From Myxococcales bacterium (GTDB lineage: Bacteria; Myxococcota_A; Polyangia; Polyangiales; Polyangiaceae), in assembly GCA_043779025.1 (NCBI GenBank), contig JAYWGI010000096.1, positions 1 to 42,191 on the forward strand: a stretch of DNA of 42,191 nucleotides, given 5' to 3'. Under the pieces are notes generated by a model that made no database searches, was not told the origin of the DNA, and was given only the letters and a program-made list of their open reading frames with translations. A program made the translations under genes and the position numbers. Positions 9,014 through 16,968 of this stretch are shown one piece after another. Numbering within the stretch: position 1 is the first letter of the stretch; every line of letters starts with the position of its first letter.

Positions 9014-9787
9014 ATGTTGAAGTATCTAGGAGCATGTTTTGTGATTGGCGTTATGGCCTGCGGCGCCGAATCCACCGCGAGCGACGAGGATGCGCTCGCG
9101 AATGCTTGCACGGCCAAAATTACCTACTGGCAAAAGGATGCCTACAAGGATTTGGGCGGGCCCCTCACATTGGGGTGGCCTCCGCACACCACCACCTCTC
9201 TCACCGTGAGCTGCGCCGGGAAGGCTCCGCGGGCCTCATCAATGGTAAATCATAGCGATGTTCAGGTGGGGCAGAAGGACGCCAATGGTGTCGCGATCCT
9301 CACAGAGGTGTACTCCGAGAGTGTGACCGGCAGCGAAGCGCAAACAACAAGGCTCGAGCAGGCCTACCGAAACTGCGAGTGCGAGGCAGGCACGTTCTTC
9401 AGCCTGGGAAAGTTGGAGGCGGGACCCGCCTCAAAGCTTTTCGCAACGCTCAAGAGTGCGCTTGAGAGTGACATCGTGTGCACCGGCACGGGCAAGCAAG
9501 ACTTGCTCGCGGCGCTCACGGCGCAAGATGCCACCAAGGCGACCACCGCGTGGGCGAAGTGCACCGTGCCTGCTGACAAGACACAGTCGGCCTTCGAGAA
9601 GGGTCTACTCGCCGCCCAGCAGGCGCAGCAGGTCGACTTGTCGGGCTACCATGTGTGCAACAACGACGCGGCGCTGCAGGCCAAGCTGGTGCGTGACTTC
9701 AAGAGCTCGCGCACCATCGCGGCGTGCAGCAAGACCAGCACACTCTGCAAGGGCCCAGCTTTCTCCTACAACCCGAAGACGCAGTAA
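9014..9787 (+). CDS. Cys-rich secreted lipoprotein, function unknown
   Basis: 257 aa. The signal/lipobox-like N-terminus is MLKYLGACFVIGVMAC. Multiple paired Cys residues are present and I recognise no enzyme motif. Confidence 0.6.
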   Translation: MLKYLGACFVIGVMACGAESTASDEDALANACTAKITYWQKDAYKDLGGPLTLGWPPHTTTSLTVSCAGKAPRASSMVNHSDVQVGQKDANGVAILTEVYSESVTGSEAQTTRLEQAYRNCECEAGTFFSLGKLEAGPASKLFATLKSALESDIVCTGTGKQDLLAALTAQDATKATTAWAKCTVPADKTQSAFEKGLLAAQQAQQVDLSGYHVCNNDAALQAKLVRDFKSSRTIAACSKTSTLCKGPAFSYNPKTQ

Positions 9788-9810
9788 GGGGATTTCGCTT
9801 CGGCACCGAA

Positions 9811-9844
9811 GGTGGGCCTCCAAGTCGTGGAGCCCCGCCTTTTT
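9811..9844 (+). terminator. probable intrinsic terminator after the lipoprotein gene
   Basis: GGTGGGCCTCCA-AGTCG-TGGAGCCCCGCC forms a stem of about 11 bp with one mismatch and one wobble. It is followed by TTTTT and lies 24 nt after the stop at 9787. Confidence 0.45.
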
Positions 9845-9904
9845 CGCGTGGGTCGGCAATCAACTTGCATAAACCTAACGTGCGCGTAACGTGCTGGCTT
9901 CGTC

Positions 9905-11995
9905 ATGAAAGAGCCTACCGCAGTACCTCTCGGGCCGGTGTTCTCGCTTGCCGACAATCTGCGCGGTCTTGCCACGAGCTGGACGGGAGAATGGCGCGAT
10001 GTCGTTGCGCAGAGGGCCTTTGTCGCCGACCTGCTTGCGGGCTTGACGGTTGCCGCGGTCGCGCTCCCGTTGAATCTTGCACTTGCCGTGGCGAGCGGGC
10101 TGCCCGCGAGCGCGGGGCTCGTTTCGGGGGCGATTGGTGGCGGCATCGCGGGCTTCTTTGGTGGGGCATCGTTGCAAGTCACAGGGCCAGCGGCGGCACT
10201 CTCCACCATGGTACTCGCGCTCGCCGTGGAGTTTGGTGCCGAGGGCGTGGCGGTGGCCTGTTTGGTTGTAGGGGTGGTGCAGCTTGCGATGGGCCTCTCG
10301 GGGGCCGGTCGACTCGCGAGGTACGTGCCCGAGTCCGTGCTGGCCGGATTCACGACGGGCGTTGGTCTGAAATTGCTCGATGGTCAGGTGCCCGAGTTTC
10401 TGGGCTTCAAGATCTTGGGCTTCGACCACAAGCTCATCGACATCGCAAAAATGATGCACGAGCCCAAGTGGCTGCATCATGTGTCGTGGCTCTCGGTGAC
10501 ATGTGGCTTGGCGGTCGCATTTATGGTCACCAAATTTGCAGCCTACAAGCGCTTTCCGGCCGCCATTGTAGGCATTGCGTTGGCGACATTTGTATCCGTG
10601 TACTTGGACTGGGACATCTCGCGCGTGGGTGAGGTGCCGTCTTCGCTTCCGCATCCCAGCCTCCCATCGCTGGACGACGACCGCTTGCTCGACCTTCTGG
10701 TCGCGGCCGTGCCGCTCGGTGTGCTTGCGGGCGTTGAGTCCTTGCTGTCTGCGCGCGGCGTCGACCGTATGGTGCCAACGCGCAAGGCGCACAATTCAAA
10801 CCTCGAGCTGGTTGGACAAGGCCTGGCAAACGCGGCTGTGGGACTCATGTCAGGCTTGCCGGTCAGCGGCGTCGTGGTGCGTTCTACCGTGAACGTGCAG
10901 AGCGGAGCGAAGACGCGTTTGGCGTCCATCACGCACGCGGCGCTGCTGGTCGTGGCCGTGCTGTACCTCAGCAAGTTCATTGCTCAAGTGCCCGTGGCCG
11001 CGCTGGCGGGCCTCTTAATCGTGATCGCAATTCGGCTCGTGGAGGTGCGCGAGCTTGTGCATCTTGCGAAGACCGACGTTGCGGGTGCCCTGGCCTTTGT
11101 GGTCGCCTCAGTCGGTACCCTATCGGGGCATCTTATGCTGGGCCTGGTGGGGGGGCTCGTCGTGCATCATGTAAGCGCGTATTTACGGCGCCTTGATCCT
11201 ACGACGACGCCTCGTGTGCTGCGAGAGGCGGGCAGTCAGGGCCAGGAACACGGCGTGCGAGCAACGCTCGGGCGCGCGCAGGCCCTGGCCCGCCGACCGT
11301 TGGGGCGAGGTCATGGGCCTGTGCCCGAAACCGCCAAGTGGCTGTCACAGATTCAAGGGCGCGGCTTGCGTGCGCGCAGTTCGTTTGTGCATGAGCAGGC
11401 GTCCGTCGTGGGGCGCGTGTTCATGGGCGACAACGTGCATATTGCAGCGGGTAGCTCGGTGCGTGCTGACGAGGGAACGCCATTTTTTATCGGCGCCAAC
11501 ACCAATCTACAGGACGGAGTGACCTTGCATGCGCTCAAGGACAAGACCGTGAACGTGGCCGGTGAAGCGTGGGCCATCTACATCGGACAAGATGTCTCGG
11601 TTGCGCACAACGCTTTGGTGCATGGCCCTTGTTACGTTGGCGATCGCACCTTCATTGGTTTCAAGTCCATCGTGCACGACTCGGTGGTGGGATCCGACTG
11701 CTTCATTGGGCATGGGGCGACCGTGGTGGGCGTGGAGATACCGGACGGTCGCCATGTGCCTAGCGGCCGCATCGTGGACTCCGCCGAGGCCGTGGCCAAG
11801 CTGCCGCTCGCCACGGCGCAGCAACATGAGTTCAACGAGGATGTGGTGTACGTGAACATTGGTTTGGCCGAGGCGTATCAAAAGGATCGCATCTCGCCGG
11901 CTCAGCCGGGAATGTCCGTGCAAGTGCGCAAAGATTCGCTGGCCAGCTGGGAGTCCAGCTGGGTACCGGCGCCGTTTTCGAAGGAGAGGTTCTAA
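9905..11995 (+). CDS. SulP-family anion transporter fused to a Cam-type gamma-carbonic anhydrase domain (no STAS domain)
   Basis: 696 aa. The N-terminal ~430 aa is SulP-like polytopic membrane (..GLPASAGLVSGAIGGGIAGFFGGASLQVTGPAAAL..). A linker of about 60 aa is Arg-rich. The C-terminus (nt ~11380-11992) reads VRADEGTPFFIGANTNLQDGVTLHAL...VSVAHNALVHGP...IPDGRHVPSGRIV...EDVVYVNIGLAEAYQK. This parallels Methanosarcina Cam as I recall it (IRSDEGMPIFVGDRSNVQDGVVLHAL..VSLAHQSQVHGP..IPDGRYIPAGMVV..EAVVYVNVHLAEGYKE), including the three His ligand positions. Confidence 0.85.
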   Translation: MKEPTAVPLGPVFSLADNLRGLATSWTGEWRDVVAQRAFVADLLAGLTVAAVALPLNLALAVASGLPASAGLVSGAIGGGIAGFFGGASLQVTGPAAALSTMVLALAVEFGAEGVAVACLVVGVVQLAMGLSGAGRLARYVPESVLAGFTTGVGLKLLDGQVPEFLGFKILGFDHKLIDIAKMMHEPKWLHHVSWLSVTCGLAVAFMVTKFAAYKRFPAAIVGIALATFVSVYLDWDISRVGEVPSSLPHPSLPSLDDDRLLDLLVAAVPLGVLAGVESLLSARGVDRMVPTRKAHNSNLELVGQGLANAAVGLMSGLPVSGVVVRSTVNVQSGAKTRLASITHAALLVVAVLYLSKFIAQVPVAALAGLLIVIAIRLVEVRELVHLAKTDVAGALAFVVASVGTLSGHLMLGLVGGLVVHHVSAYLRRLDPTTTPRVLREAGSQGQEHGVRATLGRAQALARRPLGRGHGPVPETAKWLSQIQGRGLRARSSFVHEQASVVGRVFMGDNVHIAAGSSVRADEGTPFFIGANTNLQDGVTLHALKDKTVNVAGEAWAIYIGQDVSVAHNALVHGPCYVGDRTFIGFKSIVHDSVVGSDCFIGHGATVVGVEIPDGRHVPSGRIVDSAEAVAKLPLATAQQHEFNEDVVYVNIGLAEAYQKDRISPAQPGMSVQVRKDSLASWESSWVPAPFSKERF

Positions 11996-12924
11996 TGGGA
12001 TTCGTAGCTTTTTTGCTCGGGTTTTTGATCTACGGTCTGTGGGTAGCGCGCGCCTGCTTCTTCCGCGTCGACGAGGGATCTCTCGCTGTGCTGACGCGGT
12101 TTGGTGCGGCCGAGTTTGTGCCCGGGACCAAGCGACTGCACACCTACGGCCCCGGGCTTCACCCCAAGGCGCCGTGGGATCGCGCGCTTCATGTCTCGAT
12201 GAAGGAGCAGAGCCTAGATCTCTCAGGCGAGCATGGCGGGCTACTTGCGATGGCAAGCGACGGCACGGTGCTCCGCTTGGACACCGTGCTTCGCTACGTG
12301 CCGGACGAGGCGGACTTGGCGCACTTCTTGTTCGGCATGAAGGACCCGCTCACGCACATCACGCGCCTGTTCTCGTGCTTGGTGCGAAACAAGATCGCCA
12401 ACTTCCGCGCCACGGATGCCGACTCCGTTCCCGAGGGCACATCCGTCCTTAGCCATGTTCGCAGCGATGGGAGCGATGGGTCTTACGCCATGATCCGCGG
12501 CGAGCGCCAGCTGCTGAGTGAGCGCATCGAATCGTTCTGTAAAGAGCACATTGGCCAGCGCTATGGCGTGCGCTTCTACGGCGTAGACATTGTCGATATC
12601 TTGGCGCCCGACGAGCTTGCCGAGGCGCTCAACGCCGTGATCAACGCCAGCAGCGAGGCGGAGCGCGCCTACTACCGCGCAGAGGCCGCCTGTCAGGCGC
12701 GCGTCGTTGGTGCGGAGGAGGGCGTGGCAATCGCAGCGATGCGTGCCAAAGCGATGCACTCGGAGATCGTTACCCTCGGAAATTTCCTTCAGGCGGAGCA
12801 TGTGCGTGGCGAACTCGCAACCTACGTGCGTCGTCGTCGCGCGGAGGTCTTCGCGGAGTCCAGAACGCTGTACGTCAAAGAATCCGTTATTCAGCACGGT
12901 ACGCGCGTAGGAGCCCCACAATGA
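11995..12924 (+). CDS. SPFH/band-7 (stomatin/HflK/C-like) membrane protein
   Basis: 309 aa. It has an N-terminal TM (FVAFLLGFLIYGLWVA) followed by VDEGSLAVLTRFG.. and an SPFH-like core, with a coiled Ala/Glu/Arg-rich C-terminus. The start overlaps the SulP stop (TAATG). Confidence 0.75.
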   Translation: MGFVAFLLGFLIYGLWVARACFFRVDEGSLAVLTRFGAAEFVPGTKRLHTYGPGLHPKAPWDRALHVSMKEQSLDLSGEHGGLLAMASDGTVLRLDTVLRYVPDEADLAHFLFGMKDPLTHITRLFSCLVRNKIANFRATDADSVPEGTSVLSHVRSDGSDGSYAMIRGERQLLSERIESFCKEHIGQRYGVRFYGVDIVDILAPDELAEALNAVINASSEAERAYYRAEAACQARVVGAEEGVAIAAMRAKAMHSEIVTLGNFLQAEHVRGELATYVRRRRAEVFAESRTLYVKESVIQHGTRVGAPQ

Positions 12925-13784
12925 GTGCGTCTTTGATGCTTTGGTTTGCGCTCGGCCTTGCGCTGGTGCCCGGGTTCGGGTTCCTGTTTCGCGCGTTGAC
13001 GGTGAGCGTCGAGGACGAAGAGGCCGTGGTCGTGACGCGCTTTGGTAAGTTGCAGCAGGTGCTTGTACGGCCCGGTTTGCACATCTTGCCAGAAAAATTG
13101 CTGCCTTGGGTGAAAGTAACACCCGTCTCGCTGCGGCGTGATTTTCGTGACTTCAATGGCGTCCACGTAAACGCCGCCAGTGGCACGACGGTGATCGTGG
13201 ACTTGTGGGTAGAGTTCCGGGTGAAGGATCCGGTGCGTGCTTTGTACGCGGTCGAGGATCGCGAGCGCGCACTCTCAAACTTGGTTGCGCACGCTGCGAC
13301 TGGGATCCTTGCAAGTTGTACCTTCGACCGAATTCTGCGTAACCGAATGGAGCTCAGCGAGCGACTTCGACTCGAGGTTCAAGCCGAAACCGAGCGCTGG
13401 GGCCTGGAGGTCGAGTTCGCTTTTGTGCGCAAAGTCAATCTGCTGCCCGATGTGTCGAGGCAGGTCATGGAATCCATCGCAGCGCGTTTGGAGCGTGCCA
13501 AAGCCGACGTTGAGGAAGCCGGTCACCTGCAGATCGCCAAACTCAACGCCCAGACCGATGGGCTCATCGCTGAGCGCATCGCAACGGCCAAGGGGCAGTA
13601 TCTGCAAGAGGTAGGACGCGGTATGGCCGCGCTCCGTGCGACACCCGAGGTGTATGCATCCTACAATGAGCTCTATGAGCTCTCGCTGCTGCACCCTCAT
13701 CGCACGGTCGCGTTTCGCGGCTTCGACTCGGGTGAGCTGCGCGCAGCCGACGCGGCGATGATGCAGTTGCCACCCACCGAGTAG
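12921..13784 (+). CDS. SPFH/band-7 domain membrane protein
   Basis: 287 aa. It has an N-terminal TM followed by VEDEEAVVVTRFGKLQQVLVRPGLHILP...VDLWVEFRVKDPVRALYAV...WGLEVEFAFVRKV, which is typical SPFH. The start overlaps the upstream stop (ATGA). Confidence 0.85.
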   Translation: MSASLMLWFALGLALVPGFGFLFRALTVSVEDEEAVVVTRFGKLQQVLVRPGLHILPEKLLPWVKVTPVSLRRDFRDFNGVHVNAASGTTVIVDLWVEFRVKDPVRALYAVEDRERALSNLVAHAATGILASCTFDRILRNRMELSERLRLEVQAETERWGLEVEFAFVRKVNLLPDVSRQVMESIAARLERAKADVEEAGHLQIAKLNAQTDGLIAERIATAKGQYLQEVGRGMAALRATPEVYASYNELYELSLLHPHRTVAFRGFDSGELRAADAAMMQLPPTE

Positions 13785-13823
13785 GCGCCCCATCGGGGCC
13801 AAAGTGTGGCAAGAGTTGGGCCC

Positions 13824-14678
13824 ATGTCGGTAGTCGATCTCCTAGGCCATCATGTTTCGCTGCCTGTCGTGCGCTTCGGTTCTCCCGGCGCATTCTTGGC
13901 CGTGGATCCCGCCAGCACGGACGAGCGAGACCCTGTTGTTTTGCTTGTAGGAACGGAGATGCCCGAAGGCCTCAAGGTAGGCGACTGCGTGAGGGTGTAC
14001 ATTCACCTCGACTCGCAAGGGCGCCCAATTGCCACCGTGCGTGAGGCGAAGCTTGAGCTTCATCAGGTGGCGTTTCTTGACGTCACCGAGGTGAACGAGG
14101 TCGGTGCATTTGTCGATTGGGGCTTGGCCAAAGAGCTGCTCGTGCCGTTCAAGGAGCAAACGCGAGAACTCAAACCCGGCGAGCAGCATCCAATTGCACT
14201 CTACATCGATTCCAGCGGTCGTATGGCAGGCACGATGCGCATTCGCGAGATGCTCGGCGTGCTACCGCATGCCTATGCCTTAGACGCGTGGGTGGAGGGC
14301 GAAGCTTGGAGAAACGAGCCTGGGGTAGGGATGTTCGCCATTTTGGACAAGACACAAATCGGCCTTTTGCCCGCCCATGAGCCGCATCGGCTTTCGCGCG
14401 GCGAAAAGGCCCAGTTTCGCATCGCGCATGTGCACCCCGATGGCCACGTCGAGCTCTCCCTACGCGCACACGCGCACGAGGCCATCGACGGTGATGCTGA
14501 GCACATTCATAAGGCCCTGTCGGCGAATAAGACCATGCAAGTGAGCGACAAATCACCACCCGAAGAGATCGAGAAGCACTTCGCTCTCAGTAAAAAGGCC
14601 TTCAAGCGCGCCGTGGGCAAGTTGCTTCGTGGTGGCCGGGTCCGCATGGAGCGAGACGGCACCATCCGCGCCATCTAA
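13824..14678 (+). CDS. CvfB/YitL family S1-domain RNA-binding protein
   Basis: The protein has repeated S1-like segments. The C-terminal winged-helix tail ..PPEEIEKHFALSKKAFKRAVGKLLRGGRV.. matches the B. subtilis YitL tail as I recall it (..SKAAFKRALGHLMKNGRI..). I preferred the ATG at 13824; the track start at 13806 is a GTG 6 codons upstream. Confidence 0.75.
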   Translation: MSVVDLLGHHVSLPVVRFGSPGAFLAVDPASTDERDPVVLLVGTEMPEGLKVGDCVRVYIHLDSQGRPIATVREAKLELHQVAFLDVTEVNEVGAFVDWGLAKELLVPFKEQTRELKPGEQHPIALYIDSSGRMAGTMRIREMLGVLPHAYALDAWVEGEAWRNEPGVGMFAILDKTQIGLLPAHEPHRLSRGEKAQFRIAHVHPDGHVELSLRAHAHEAIDGDAEHIHKALSANKTMQVSDKSPPEEIEKHFALSKKAFKRAVGKLLRGGRVRMERDGTIRAI

Positions 14679-14847
14679 GTGAAGTGGTGGAGTGATGACG
14701 GGATAGAGCGAATTCCAGTTGGGTTGAGATTCGCTGCCTCGGCGAGGCGGACTCCGAGCACCGGACGTAAACGTGGGATGCCACGTGCGCCCGGAGCGCA
14801 GGAGCCAACGAAGCCGAGGTGCGGATATCGGCCCAAATGGAACCGCT

Positions 14848-16584
14848 CTAAGCCGGGCCGCCACCTGCTGTGCAGTTCGCGTTGCAATTCTCTGTGCCGT
14901 CGCATTGCTCGCCACCCGCTGTTTGAAGCACGCCGTCGCCACAATATCCCCCGCGCGAGCGGCAGTCGGCGGCGCACTTACCATAAGCGGGCGTAGTGCT
15001 GGGGTCATTTCCGGCGCCTTCATCGCACGCTTCCGTACGGGTCTTGACGCTGTCGCCGCAGCGCGGTGTGCATACGGATTTGGCGCGCTCAAAGCCGCGC
15101 AGTGTGAGCTTGTAGTTGGACTCGTCGGTGTGCCGCTCCGCTTGGAATACGGCAATCTCGTAGACGCCCTTGTCGATCAATCCAAGGTCAGTACCTGCGA
15201 TTTTGCAGACATCCGTCACGGTGTTTGGCACGCCAATGCACGTCGGGTGAATTGTCACACTTTTGCTCAGCGCGCCGTGCACGCCCCCAATGTCTACAGC
15301 CAGCCGCCCGTTGACGAAGACGAATACGTCGTCGTCTCCGCTAAACTCAAGCTTCGGCGCAGGAGCGCTGGCATCGTGCGAGAACCAAAATTTTACCTCG
15401 CTCGTGAAGTGATAGTTGTAGCCCGCCAACAGCGCTTCGCGCTGAGCGGCGGGCACGCTGGCCGCAGTCCAGCCTTTGTTGGTGAGCGGAAAGAACTGGC
15501 CGGATGGGTTTGGCGTCCCGTCTGGGTTGCTCAACGCGCTGTCGAACACGTAGCTTTGGTCGGCCTGCTTTTTCAGTCGAAGGCCTCCGAGCTCCGTCTT
15601 GTTGAGCGCGTCGTCCCGGAACCACTTGGCAAACTCTGCAGGGCTCGTCAGAAGCCCTTGTGACGAGAGGAAAACGGGCTTGCCATCGCCGTCGAGTAGC
15701 CCGGCAACCATGCCCGTTGGGGACCCGCAACAAAACGCTTGGAAATCTGGGTGCCCGCTGGCAGCAAGATTTGCCGCCCCATCGCCGCGCTTAAAGTCGC
15801 GGTAGACTACAGGGAGGTCGACGAAGTCAGGCAGCGCCTGAACCTGAGTTGCACAGGTGAATCCTGCCTCTTCGGTGCAGGTCGCGCTGCAGCCGTCACC
15901 GCTGCGCGTATTGCCATCATCACAGCTTTCGGTCGGGTACTTGAGACCATCCCCGCACACGGCGCTGCAGCCGGCGCCTGCCGTGCAGACCGGCTCCTTA
16001 TGGCATGTCGGGTCGCAGCCGTCGTAGGCGCGCAGGTTGCCATCGTCACATTGTTCACCGCCCTCGGGCGTGCCGTTGCCGCAAACAGTAACCGTACACG
16101 CGGCTCCCGGAGTGACACACTGATAGCCATCTTGAAGCTTGCAGCTGGTGTCGCAACCGTCGCCTGACGCTGCGTTTCCATCGTCGCAATCCTCGTCGCC
16201 AACCCGTAGCCCGTCGCCACAACGTGCGGCATTGCATACGGCTCCGTCGATGGCGCAAATCCACCCCGTTTCGACTTCACACGTTAAGCTGCAGCCGTCG
16301 CCCCCCGTGGCGTTTCCGTCGTCGCAGCTCTCATTGCGGGAACGGCGTGAATCACCGCATACAGCCAAGACCGACCCGTCCGTGCTGGGTTGGACATTGC
16401 CGGTGTCCGCAGAGCCACTCCCGAGGATGGGGCCGGTCGCGTCGTTGCCTGAGCCGCCAGCTGCGTCTACTGGAAGTGGAAACACGTTTCCTATTTCCGT
16501 GGTTCCGCAAGCCGGACCCAGGGCGCCGGCTGCAAGCAGAGGCAACAATCCAAGGGAGCTCCAAGCAACGCGGCGTCTGTTCAT
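14848..16584 (-). CDS. secreted cysteine-rich-repeat protein with PA14/fibro-slime-type domain
   Basis: 578 aa. The signal peptide is MNRRRVAWSSLGLLPLLAAGALG. Four N-terminal CGDG..E.CDDGN...GDGC..C repeats are present. The central domain reads ..LPVVYRDF...HPDFQ...FTSEVKFWF...FSGDDDVFVFVNGRLAVDIGGVH.., which is PA14-like. Degenerate Cys repeats occur at the C-terminus. Confidence 0.85.
   Translation of the reverse strand: MNRRRVAWSSLGLLPLLAAGALGPACGTTEIGNVFPLPVDAAGGSGNDATGPILGSGSADTGNVQPSTDGSVLAVCGDSRRSRNESCDDGNATGGDGCSLTCEVETGWICAIDGAVCNAARCGDGLRVGDEDCDDGNAASGDGCDTSCKLQDGYQCVTPGAACTVTVCGNGTPEGGEQCDDGNLRAYDGCDPTCHKEPVCTAGAGCSAVCGDGLKYPTESCDDGNTRSGDGCSATCTEEAGFTCATQVQALPDFVDLPVVYRDFKRGDGAANLAASGHPDFQAFCCGSPTGMVAGLLDGDGKPVFLSSQGLLTSPAEFAKWFRDDALNKTELGGLRLKKQADQSYVFDSALSNPDGTPNPSGQFFPLTNKGWTAASVPAAQREALLAGYNYHFTSEVKFWFSHDASAPAPKLEFSGDDDVFVFVNGRLAVDIGGVHGALSKSVTIHPTCIGVPNTVTDVCKIAGTDLGLIDKGVYEIAVFQAERHTDESNYKLTLRGFERAKSVCTPRCGDSVKTRTEACDEGAGNDPSTTPAYGKCAADCRSRGGYCGDGVLQTAGGEQCDGTENCNANCTAGGGPA
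15853..16359 (-). repeat. four tandem ~35-45-aa cysteine-rich repeats (coding) in the PA14 protein gene
   Basis: Residues C76 to C244 contain four units: CGDSRRSRNESCDDGNATGGDGCSLTC.., CGDGLRVGDEDCDDGNAASGDGCDTSC.., CGNGTPEGGEQCDDGNLRAYDGCDPTC.. and CGDGLKYPTESCDDGNTRSGDGCSATC.. Confidence 0.8.
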
Positions 16585-16908
16585 ACCCTAAGGGTGCATG
16601 GTGCCTCCTGCCCGGGCAAGTCCGTTGTTTAACTTCTTCCCCCGGCCCGTGAGTCTGGCTGATGGAGCGGTTCGCAACAATGGAGTGGGCCCGCCCACCA
16701 CATGCGCACATGACGTGCACACGGAGTCCACGCTGCGAGCAAAAAAGCGCCTTTTTGCGTACATGTCGCACCCTGTGCGCTCTACTGCCGATCGGCGGCA
16801 TTCCACATTCGGCCGTATCGCAAATCGCGGAAGATCGCGGCGTTCTTGTTCGCCCAAATAGTTATGCATGGCGAGTGCACGTTGTCGAGGCGCCCTACAA
16901 ACTTTTTT

Positions 16909-16924
16909 TGGCACGGTGCTTGCT
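16909..16924 (+). promoter_or_regulatory. sigma-54 (-24/-12) promoter for the downstream sigma-factor gene
   Basis: TGGCACGGTGCTTGCT equals the TGGCACG-N4-TTGCW consensus exactly. GG is at 16910-11 and GC at 16922-23. It lies 45 nt upstream of ATG 16969, which has a GAGGAG RBS at 16958-16963, and it is preceded by a T7 tract. Confidence 0.6.
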
Positions 16925-16968
16925 GGGGGTTCTACGGACACCCCAGTCCACCTTTTGAGGAGCACCGA

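Noticed and set aside
14679-14847. Possible gene or RNA in the 169-bp convergent spacer (track ORFs 14679..14996 + and 14675..14977 -)
   Set aside because: Both ORFs mostly overlap the 3' end of the PA14 protein gene and are Arg-rich. I saw only a short weak hairpin (CCTC-GGC-GAGG) and no tRNA or sRNA hallmarks.
15226-15240. TGGCACGCCAATGCA on the plus strand
   Set aside because: The GG-to-GC spacing is one nt short of the -24/-12 requirement. The site also lies inside, and antisense to, the PA14 protein gene, with no downstream plus-strand gene.
16846-16968. 41-codon 5' extension of the RpoD-family sigma ORF (track start 16846)
   Set aside because: It would place the perfect sigma-54 promoter and the GAGGAG RBS inside the coding region. 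The extension (MFAQIVMHGECTLSRRPTNFFWHGACWGF..) is Cys/Trp-rich and unlike any sigma-factor N-terminus.
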